A stretch of DNA of 64,000 nt, from assembly GCF_037042905.1 (NCBI RefSeq), contig NC_087249.1, forward strand, positions 6,822,001 through 6,886,000, given 5' to 3'. Position numbers and translations under genes: made by a program. This DNA is from Lytechinus pictus (taxonomy: Eukaryota). Position 1 is the first letter of the stretch. Every line of letters starts with the position of its first letter. The notes below the pieces were generated by a model. That model did no database searches and was not told the origin of the DNA. It worked only from the letters and a program-made list of their open reading frames with translations. Positions 28,901-41,000 of this stretch are shown here, piece after piece.

Positions 28901-30294
28901 GGTCAGGCTGACGAATATGCTAGACTCGTCTTGGTGAGGGTGACGAAAATGTTTTTTAATGGAATTATCATTACTTTTACCAACTTGCCTCCGATATTTT
29001 CGTCACTTTACTCAAGGCAATGTTACTTTTCTATCATCCTCACAAAGAGGAGCCTAACGTTTAATTTCCTTTGAATCACCGTGTTGTAGCATATTTTTGT
29101 CACCCCAGCAAGTTCTCCTATTAACATTCTTAATATCTGTAGTATGTTCACCTTGCCGAATCTCATGTCTCTGATACAACATGTAACGTTCTTCATTTTA
29201 TTCTCCTATTTAAACTTACTTTGTTCTCCAAATATAATAAACTGGAATTTTGTTTATTTAAAGACGAATATGATCGATTATTTAGGACTATTAACGTCTC
29301 ACTTCCTCTCATTGCTTTCTAACAGACCCGTGAAATTCAACATCTTAGACACACCTTAGAAAACTGCAGGATGTGTGGTAAGTATTTTTTCCCTATCTCA
29401 CTGGGAATATCTCGTCATAAAGCAGTCTGTCGCCATCACCAACAAATATTTTATATCTCTGTATTAACTGATATTAAAAGATATACATACACAATGCATT
29501 TCTATTTTTTATGTTGGTCTTATTTCATTAGAATGTATTTATAGAGGTAAAAAGGACAAATTCTACACTCTTTAAGTTATATTTAGAGTGTTTTCAGAGC
29601 AATACAAAAATTGAAAAGGAAAGTCATACTTTGCTATAGAAATAGATTAATGACTTGTGTGATTTTGAGATCTGACGAGGTTAATGAATAATTGTGATAT
29701 TTCCGCTTTGATGTAAATTCCACACATTATTTATGTGTGCGTTCGTTTGACGTGATTTTTGTCCTTAACATATTCAAATAATGATCGTCTATTTAGGTGA
29801 ACATGATATGTTGATAATTTGACGTGTCTTGTTTTTACATGAATATATCAAATATATAACTGCACTGCACATACAGATATGATAACTGTCACATTGGTAA
29901 TGTTGAGATAATTCGCATGCTGAAGCGTCTTTAATCAATGCTTTAATTTAATCTTCAATAATTTATCATTTAAGCTAATATATCTTAATATAACAATAAA
30001 ACAAGTATTAGAATATACTTTGAGCTAATTTGACCGAGAAATTACTGACATATACAACAACAAACTCGCTTGTCTCGCTTTACGACGGCATCATCCATTT
30101 GCGTTCAATTACGGCACACATGAAAATGCAGTAACAAAATGTTATTTCCCGCATATATAACAAGTAGCGTCTAATGCAAAAGTTAATGACGTGGGGGCAC
30201 TTGAATCTATCGCCGATTATGACCGTTATATGTTAATTCCCTACGTCAATAATACTAAGCTCGACAGAATTCACGAGAGGAATGGCAGACGATT

Positions 30295-30332
<38 letters not shown>

Positions 30333-33300
30333 CTTTTCATGCATGCAGAGTAATATGATAATTCTTTCGGCAGGAATTATTTTCCGCTTTCCTTACCATT
30401 CTATCCCTTTAAACTCTAATTTCAAAGTTTATTTTAATAAATACTAATTTTGATACACATATAAAGTATTAGAACGATTAAAAGAAGAAAAAATAATTAA
30501 AACAATAATTTTGATTTAAATTGTTGAATTAATCAATAAATTATTGCTCAAGAGAAGATAATCTTTATGTTCAACTATTACATACATGATAAGCCCAATT
30601 TCAGTTAATAAACTTTCAAACAATCCTGCTTAAGCTTTAAAACGATATGCTTAATGAAGCTCTTATGATAACAAGAAGTGTATCTTTAATCAGACTTCTC
30701 CAGCAATGTGTCATAATCGGGTATTATTCAATTCTATCTGACTTCGTAAACTTACCATAGCTGTCATCTCTATACCCATTTAATCTTATTGTATATATTG
30801 CACAGCGCAACTCCGCTTGAAATATTAACGCTTTTGTTTGTTTTTCTAACCTTTCCGTTAACTCACAACTCAACCAAATGTCGCCCCAACACGACGTTAC
30901 AGAGCGAACCGATTATTTTACCTCAGGTCCTCAGACAATCATCCGACATGGCTGTAGCTCCAACCCCTGCTTCCCCGATGTCATGTGCTTCGATGAGCCC
31001 GATGGTCTTGGGTATCGGTGTGGTCCGTGCCCTGCAGGATATCGTGGAAACGGCACCCATTGCTACGATATCAATGAGGCAAGTCTATATTACATTATTA
31101 AATGACGAACTTGACCCTAATTGACATGTTTTACTCTTGCGAATATTTTCATGGGGGGGGGGGGGGGCGGGGGCAAAACGATTTTAATTTCTCAATTGAA
31201 TAACAGGGATAATGTAGCATTAAGCGATCGGTACATCTCCCTATTTATGCTCTTCATTCTTTTCTCTACATTTAAAAACATATTTTCTTCAATCTTTGCT
31301 TCTCTTCTTTGATTCACTTCTCAAAATTTATTTATTTATTTATTTCAAAATAAAATCACAAGGTGCGTCGCCCGTGAAACCTGTAACTCCCCCACCTGCT
31401 TGCGAAACGATTATACAATATTCCATCAAGAGGTGTGTCTAAAGTTCAACTTGAGACTTTCATAAACCTTATACATGCACGTGATGCACTATTCCATGAA
31501 TATGTAGTTTTCGCAGATGAAACGGGGACGTATTCTGCAACGTAGTAAATCTATTGACACCGCAAGTCAAATCACAATGAACAGCTGAGGGGTTTTGTTG
31601 AAAGTTGGCGGACCGGGGTAGCAGATCGGCCTTAAAGGAGAATGAAACTCTTGGAGCAAGTTAGCTTTTGTGAAAGCAGAAAAATAAAAAAATAAGATCA
31701 ACAAAAGTTTGAGTAAAATAGGACTAGCAATAAAATAGTTATGAGCATTTGAATGTCGAGATCACTAATGCTATGGAGATCCTCCCATTGGCAATGCGAC
31801 CAAGATCTGTGATGTCACACACGTACAACTCTCCCATTTGGACACTGAAAATATACCCCAAAATATTTCTTTTTGCTCATTCTAATCATATGACAAACGA
31901 TTCATCAATGATATAATGTTGTGAAACCTCTGTACTTGTCATCTCATAAAGAGAACACCTCACCTTGTGATAGACTCTATAAAAGTGAGAATATAAGTGA
32001 AATAAGTACTAAAGTAATGAGGGAGTTGTACGTGTGTGATATCACAGATCTTGGTCGCATTGCCGATGGGAGGATCTACATGGCACTAGTGATCTCAATA
32101 TTCAAATGCTCATAACGTTCTTATTATTCATTCAATCTTCCTCAAACTTTGAACAATGTGTTCCTTTGATTTTTCTCTTTGATATGGATTCAGCTGGTTT
32201 CAAGGGTTTCATTCTCCTTTAAGATTCGGACCGGACGAAAAAATGCAAATATGTCGTTTGCCCAGAGTCCAGGACGGCACTGCTGTTTTGATTTACCCCC
32301 GATTTTTTTACCAACATCGCTTTGTCATGAAGGGCTTCTGACAATAAATTCTCTGTTTTCCAGAAGGCGTCTGCGTAGTGGTTGCGAAAACTCCTTATCA
32401 ATTATCCTTAGAGGACACATATTACAAACCAATCAAAAGCTCGAAAGTTCTTGTTTATTTATGCTTATCCATATCATTGCTGTAACCGGAAGTGAATTGC
32501 ACAAAAAAGTAGAAGAGATCTCAACACCCAGTCCCTACTCCAGTTAAAACTTTTTAAAACTAATTAATGACACATTAAATTGGAAAGATCATTGTGAAGA
32601 AACATATACTAAATGCAATAAAATTATCGGTATTGTGAAAAGGAACTTTATGAACTGTCAAATATCAGTTTTTAAGACCCTTTACGAGTCACTCATTCGA
32701 CCATGCTTAGAGTATTGCTGTATAGCATGGGACCCGTATCGGGCAACCCATATTAAATTACTCGAGCGTATACAGAATAGATACGTGAGAATGATGTGCC
32801 GGGATTGGCAAACAAGTTACAACGTACTTTTACAAAATTTGAATATGCCAACTTTGGAAGCAAGACGAAAGTACCATAGACTCGTTATGTTCTATAAGCT
32901 CACTAATAATTTAGTTCATGTCAATGTAATGATTAAAATAGCCCACAGGATAGGTAGGAACGATCATGATAAGAAAGTAATCATGCCCTTTGCAAAAACA
33001 GATTACTTCCAAAACTCTTTTTATGTTAGAACCTCCAAAGATTGGAACATGCTCCCTAGTAATGTAATGAATAGCACATCTATCTCGACTTTTAAAAACT
33101 TACTCAAGGCTCACCTTCTTATATAATTTCTATATTACTAAATAATTCCACTTTTCCTATCCATAATAATACATCACAGCTAATTTATTATCGTTCTTGT
33201 CATATTATGTATAATTTTGAACCACACCACAACTCACAAAGATTTGTCATTAATTTCATTTATTATATTTTGTTATATTATGTTATCTTATCCATGTTTT

Positions 33301-36300
33301 ATTATTTTGTTCTTATATCACGTTTTAAATCTTTTTTTAAACGTTACATAAATCTAATAATGTTATCTATGTCCTTTTCTATGGTAATTTACATTGTTTT
33401 ATTTTTCCGATTGTTAAACTTATGTTTTTATCTTGATGCTATTTTATATTATTGGGATCCAAACTTGTACGGGTTTTTCAAACCTTTTTTTGTATCCCTT
33501 GACATGTTTTACTTTGTATGTTTTACTTGTCTAAATAAATACAAAATGTGTGGTTCCAATATTGTTTTCATTTTGCCAGTGTCTTGAAGCTTACCCTTGT
33601 TCAGACGTCGTGGATTGTATCAACCTAATGCCCGGCTTCCGGTGCCCACCATGTCCCGAAGGCTTTATTGGTCTTGGTTTAGAGGGAATCGGTCTTGAAG
33701 CCGCTGTAAGGAACCGACAGGTAAATGGGTCTTCGATTTATTCCTTACTTAGCACTTAGTCCCCCCCGCACTGAGTGGTGCATTGGGCAGCGAACTGTCT
33801 AGCCTCTTGTCGAGGCCCTGTCGGCTGCTTTCCGAGCGAACATGGCAAAGCACGGGAGAGAGCGAAGCAGAGCGCCGCGAGACAGGGCCTCTGGACATCT
33901 GTACCGAATTTCACCGACTTTCTTTTGTTTTTTATTGTTTTTACCAATTCACCGACCAAAAACTGGTCGGTGAAAATCATCCAATGAGAGCGCGAGCTGC
34001 TATGACGTCATATTAAATATTCATGAGCTCATCTTGAATGGCGACCCTTGGATTCTTGGCGAAGAGTGACGACGAAATATCAAAGAGCACTGAATATGCC
34101 TCTAAAATGCTGAATATTGACCGATTTAAGGATTTGCAAGTCGATGAAATTAACTCTGCACTGAAAGGACGAGATGTCTTTGTAAATCTACCCACAGGAT
34201 ATGGAAAAAAAGTAATATTTCATGCGATTCCACCGGTCGATCCGGGGCGTCGATTATCGATCTCCGCTGTGCAGTGCAGTGAGGGAAGCTGGAGTGGAGT
34301 TGCTGGGAGTTGACTCGAGTCTGACCAGCGGCTGAGCAGTATCTCCCGGGAAGTTTCGGGGCGGTGATGGCTCTGTTACGGCCAGTAGTAATAGTAGTAG
34401 TAGTAGTACCACTACTTGTAGCATTTTGCTGGTTATATCCCCTTTAGTGTCCCGCAATTAAATGAATCCCCTGCAGAATAGTGTACTACAATATAGTATT
34501 CCGAACCCAAGACGAAACAGCTCTGACATTTCATTGGTTTACTCGGTGACCGGTAATATCATGACTCATGTATATTCATTAGGAAGACGTTCCTCATGAA
34601 TATATAATTCAGTTCAGATGTCAAGAGGCCCTGGCTCGCGCCAGGCCTAATTCGCTTCGCGAATTAGGAAAGCCCTCGCTTCGCTCGGGAAGCAGCCGCC
34701 AGGGCCTCGACAAGAGGCTACGAACTGTCGCAATTCGGGTCGGTCATTTGCAACCACGTCATCCTCCGACAGACTGATATTCAGATTATGGGCCTCCAAG
34801 TCCCTGAGGAAAGTCCACCGATAGATGCCTGGAAATGGCATTTTTTTCATTTCCATTTCGATTTATAGCAACCTTTAATACGTAGTCCCATATATTTGAT
34901 ATAACAACTCGTAAATCCAATTTTTAAAGTTCGTCAATTTTGATTATTTACTCATTGAAAGTGTTTCAGTAACCATTGTGTCCCAGATGATTCCTTGAAT
35001 GAGATGGAATCGATCTTAAAGCCCGTTGTTTTGAGCTGACATGCAGTCGGTCCTTAGTGTGTAGTACTGACCGCAGACATGTAGGCCTTAAATTTGGCAA
35101 TCTTACTCCTCAAACCCTGATTACCAAATTACTTAAGCAAAGAGAATGAGTCATAGAAAAGATACATGAATTTCTAAAATTGACAATAGTTTTTTGTCAA
35201 TTTGTTTTAATGATATTTAGCATCAATCATACATTAAATAATTGTATAATGACTATGATATTAACTTTCTTTGTCTTTCCACTCAGCTTTGCGATGATAT
35301 CAACGAATGCGAAAGAAATAACGGTGACTGTGTGCCAAACTCGTACTGTCTCAATACAAGGGTATGTATATTCTGCTTGTTACAATAAAATTGGATAGAT
35401 TAATATCCTACCAGTAATACATTTTGAAGAAAATCATATTTCCAGTATTGTCGGGTTAATTATACACATTTTCATTTTGTTATGCATTTAATATTCTTAA
35501 TAGGCAGATACAGTTTTCATTACATTGCCAAATTTATTATCATAAACCATTATAACACATCAGTCAGCAATTCCATAAAGTACGCTTCTGAACGAGTATT
35601 TTCGAAACCATTTTACATGTCATTCATTACAGTAAAGATGTATGTTCTTTCATATTGCAACAAAAATTATCACATTTGATTATGATTTGGTTATTATCAT
35701 ACCAGTCCTTTTGACAATTATGGCGGTGGTTGTAAAAATATTGATATATTGCATTTTGAAGTACAGAGTTGATCCACTCGGAATCACACACTTGACGTGC
35801 TCTTGTGCTGCAAAAAAATAAAAACAAAAAATAGAATAAAAAAAATTGTTTGAAATTGACTAGAAGGGCAGAAGAACGAGATACGTTGAAATGAAAATTG
35901 CGAAATATTATGCATGGATTTCAATTCATGAACTCTCACCCGTCTAATTTCTCGGAAAAAAAATCATTCGCCTGTCAGTCATCGTGTTCATACGACTTCA
36001 TAGGAACAGCCAATCGTAATGAGTTAAGGTTTTGATGGGACGTCATTATATTTATAATCTGGGGACCGTTTCCTCAACATTTTTGTCTGACAAGTTGTCA
36101 GATCTGAGTTCTTTCCTTGATTCTAATTGGCTAAGAAGCAGTGTTACTATATACCAACTTTCCGATAAAATTGGATGAGTCGGATAAAACGTTCGACAAG
36201 TCCTTTAAAAAAACGCTCCCCTGACAGATTTTATTTTATTTCTGCATTTACATCAGTATCATAATTGCACGAGTATGCAACATACAAAGCGTTATATATA

Positions 36301-39300
36301 GCAAGCAAAACAATAACAATAGTCGTAATATAAGGGCAATGAAAATGAAATCAGCAATACGTATTATTAATTCAACAGAAAGATAATTTAAATGAATGCA
36401 GGAGACCGCCATCGTAAGCTATAATGTTTGATGATGATGGCAGCCTCGTACAAAGGTACATATGTCTTTCTTGATATGTACATATTTAATTAAGAAATGT
36501 GTTCATATTCTCTTAATGAAAATTATATTCTAATATCAATCATTCTTTATCGCAGGGTTCGCATATTTGCGGTGACTGTATGCATGGATTTGAGGGAAAT
36601 CAGACGGTTGGCTGCAAAGAGAGAAATACATGTCCGAACGGTACCCCTAGTCCATGCCATCCGAAGGCCGAGTGCATCATACATCGGAATAACGCTTACA
36701 CATGCGAGGTGGGTGACAAAATCTTCTGAAAATGTACTTCATAAGAATGATTGTATTATATGTATCCATATGTATAATAATATCATACATTTCATTTCAC
36801 ATGACCATCCCTATCCCCGATAAATGAGGGGGGGGGGGGCTTTCAAGTAAGATAAATTATATAGGCCTATTTAAGGTCTTGCATTATCTGATTTTAGTTA
36901 TTATCTTTCCTTTGTGGACTTGGTAACTTGATATTTTTAAGCGTCCGGAGACTTTGTTAGGTTCTAAAATTATATTTATGTACAATGACCGTGTGCTTAT
37001 TAGAGTGGATTTATAGTTCTTTGTATCTGCCTTTTGGAAACATTTTTTTTTCATTTTACTTGAACAAAATAAGTGCTTTTAATTCATTTAGTGACTACCG
37101 AGACGGTTTTCGCTCAACAAATTGAAAATAATACCCTGTTCCCCTCTCTTCCCTCTCTCATGCACCCCCTCGCTCTATCATTGTCTCTTTGTCTCTCCCC
37201 CTCTCTTTACACTCTATCTTTCTCTCTGTTTGTCTCGTTTTAGTGTATTATTGGCTGGGCTGGTGACGGCTACGATTGTGCTATCGATACCGATCTGGAC
37301 GGCTTTCCCGATAACGAACTCCCGTGTACCGACAAGCATTGCAGAGCTGTAAGTTTTATCTTTTTATTAGTTCTTGTTACGACACATTTTTTATTCTCCA
37401 AAGTGCCGTTTATCTATGTCATGTGTCATCAGTAACTTCTAAATTTCTCTATTACCATGGTTACTAAACTTTGTAATACCGACATCAAGTTCCGTATGAA
37501 ATGCATTTTAAATGTACAAATTTACAAAATTCTTCGGAGGTTATGCTATGACATCGGAAATTAGAGGGAGAATATGTCACAGTCTTCCTATCCCATCCTA
37601 TGCGTGGTGTGGGGGTGGGAGTATATTATAGCCTCATAGTATGGCAAGCCTCTCGCGACACAGCCTTTGTATATATTTTGATGTGCAATAATTGAACAGA
37701 TAAGGTTCTTATTTGAACGTTTCGCTTCGAATAATCAACGGTCAAATTCAAATTTTCACAAAGAAAAAAAAGTAGAGAATGAAAATGGTACAATGAACAC
37801 TTTTCTAAGCTTTAGAAGATCCGAGTGTTGAAATTTATATCAATTAGACTAAATCCATTGACTTGTATTTTTTCTCATCCTTAGGATAACTGCGTGCATA
37901 TCCCGAACAGCGGGCAAGAAAATCAAGATGGCGACGAAATGGGTGACTTGTGTGACCCGGATGCAGACAACGATGGAGTTCGCAATGGTCCAGTAAGAAC
38001 AGAATATACTTTTTATTACCCTTTTCATCCTGTTAATAAATTTTAATAAAGAAGGTTGTGTTTGAGTGTCTTGTTCTTAAAATGTATTACCACAATAGGC
38101 CTATACGTCATCAAACTTACTGCACACGCACACGCGTTTCACTTATAGGCCATTTTCTTATGATGGCATGAACTTGTTCATAGTGAAATGAAACATCGGG
38201 CGAGTTAACAAAGAGTCATTATTTCCTAATTCGCTAGCTCAACCGGAAATAAATATTTTCCTATTGAGCCTCTTTCTTTGCAAAAGAAACATATATACTA
38301 TATAATTTATAAATTAGAATTATATTACCTTGAGAGGCACCGTACTTCAGCTGCAGGGACAAGACATTTTCTCTGCTCTCTCTCTCTTTCTCCTTTGACT
38401 TACATTTGTGATAAAACAGGAATCAGAAAAAGGAAGGTATATACCTGGATTGTCAAAATTGGTTAATGATAGACATAAGTTTATTAATGTTCTTGACATA
38501 AAAATCTCCAATTATCCCAAACGAAGAAGTCATTCGACACAGTGTTTAGACTCGTTCATTTATCCACTACTTTGTGGAAAATTGCATTTAAAGTTTATCT
38601 CCGCAGCAATAAAAAACCACGTAACTGCAATTCATCAATGATCACTTAAACATTGTGAATTTCGTGTAAAAACTGAAGGGCAAATATAAATGAGTTTTTA
38701 GAAGCGTGACTTGTCCGCTGCGTGCTGAAAACAGTCAATGATTCAAACGACTCTTACATGACTGCACACAGTTTAACTTTCCCGCCTCTCCAGCTGATTT
38801 GCATACTTGAAATGCAAAGCACGTAACCAACAATAGGAAACATCATTACTTCAATAGACCAGTTCGTAGTTACTTCATGGACAATTTTGGTCAAATGACC
38901 TTTCATTTATTTCATTATGATAGGCAGATTTCAAAGCAAGATATTACGTAAGCTTGCCTTACATAGCAAGATGAAGAAATTGAATAGACCAGGTGACTTG
39001 AATAGCACACCAATGAACACTTTATGACGGTATTTGTTGCATTCCTACTTTGAATGCATATCATAGCATGTTGCACAATGTACTTGGCAAACTGTGAAAT
39101 ACCAGTCGTTCGTGGACGCATTGTTGTTTTTTGTGGATGTAAATGAAAACCATAATTCAAAAGAATATATGAAAATCAAGACATCAACGTTGGTGCTTAT
39201 CTCATTAGATTTTAAATCACCATGTCACTTAAGTACAAATGACTTTCCTCTGATCATGCGTAGAATCTTTTGATCATGCGCAGAAAGGAACTGGCTTAAT

Positions 39301-40444
39301 ACTTGAACGATTTCCTACATAAAGCTACATATCTTTACATTACACGAAATCGTCTTTCAAATTACTAATAATTTTTGAAAAAAAATCCGTCATTCGACAA
39401 TTTAGGATCATAATAGGGCTTCATTCGTAACCCTATGTTAAGAAATTAGCTTTATTCATATTCTAACGGTTATTCATTTTAGGACAACTGCCCTCTCGTG
39501 GCGAACCCCGACCAGCTGAATGTGAACGATGATGATGAGGTAGGCGAGCGATGTGATAACTGCCCGATGACGCCGAACCCCAAGCAGATTGATACCGATA
39601 AAGACGGAAGGGGCGACGAATGCGACGATGACAAAGACGATGACGGTAAGGTTCGATAACCAACCGATGAGAAAGAAGAAAATTATACTTTTTTTATTTT
39701 CCTAGCATGAAAGATTTTTAATGAAAACAAATCATGAACGATTAATTCAGAATAATATTTTGTGAATTAAGAGAACAGTCACATTAATTATATCGATTCC
39801 TGGCTGATCAAGGCTTTACTTGATTTTAAAGACACGTTATCCTTTTTTGTACTTAGATTGTATGATTTACCCTTTTTCAGTTATAGCTTACTTTCGGGAA
39901 AACTCATTAACTATTAAGTTTAAGAAATGATTTTGTCCTTAGTTATTTCAGTATTGAATAGTTGTGTATTTTTGTTTGCTTTTAGAAAAAAAAAAAAATT
40001 TCTTGATTTATCTGACGGTAAAAAAAAAATGCTCAACATCTAAGCGTATTAACACGGAGATTTTATCATTTGGTTGTATTAACCTTTTTTCTAAATAAAT
40101 ATTTTTAATAGGATATCACCTTTTTGTAATCATTTTATTGCTGTTAAATGGCAACGGTATAGTTCTTACAAGGATTCTAAGCGGAGGAATTTAGGGTGAA
40201 AAAATGTATTTTGTTTTATGAAGTTTCCTTTTCGCTATCTTATTATTTTTTTTGTTCTTATAGGAATACTGAATATCCATGATAACTGCGAGCTTGTCCC
40301 GAACAGGCTTCAAGAAGATACTGACGGGGACGGTCATGGCGATGCGTGTGATAACTGTCCGATGCATTACAATCCAGATCAGGTATGATATCATAGCAAG
40401 CAGGTAGATAGATAGATAGATACATAGATATCATAGCAAGCAGG

Positions 40445-40486
<42 letters not shown>

Positions 40487-40532
40487 TATATCATATCAAG
40501 CAGGTAGATAGATAGATATCATAGCAAGCAGG

Positions 40533-40578
<46 letters not shown>

Positions 40579-40581
40579 TAT

Positions 40582-40639
<58 letters not shown>

Positions 40640-40738
40640 CTAGAAGATAGATATGTAGATAGATAGATAGAAAGATAGATAGATAGATAGGTAGGTAGGT
40701 AGCTAGGTAGGTAGGTGGGTAGGTAGATAGATAGATAT

Positions 40739-40791
<53 letters not shown>

Positions 40792-40830
40792 TAGAGATAG
40801 ATAGATAGATAGGTAGATAGATAGATAGAT

Positions 40831-40892
<62 letters not shown>

Positions 40893-40917
40893 GTAGGTAG
40901 GTAGGTAGGTAGGTAGG

Positions 40918-41000
<83 letters not shown>

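Noticed and set aside
33207..33587. 126-aa hydrophobic ORF
   Set aside because: Translation of the T-rich LINE 3' UTR; compositional artefact.
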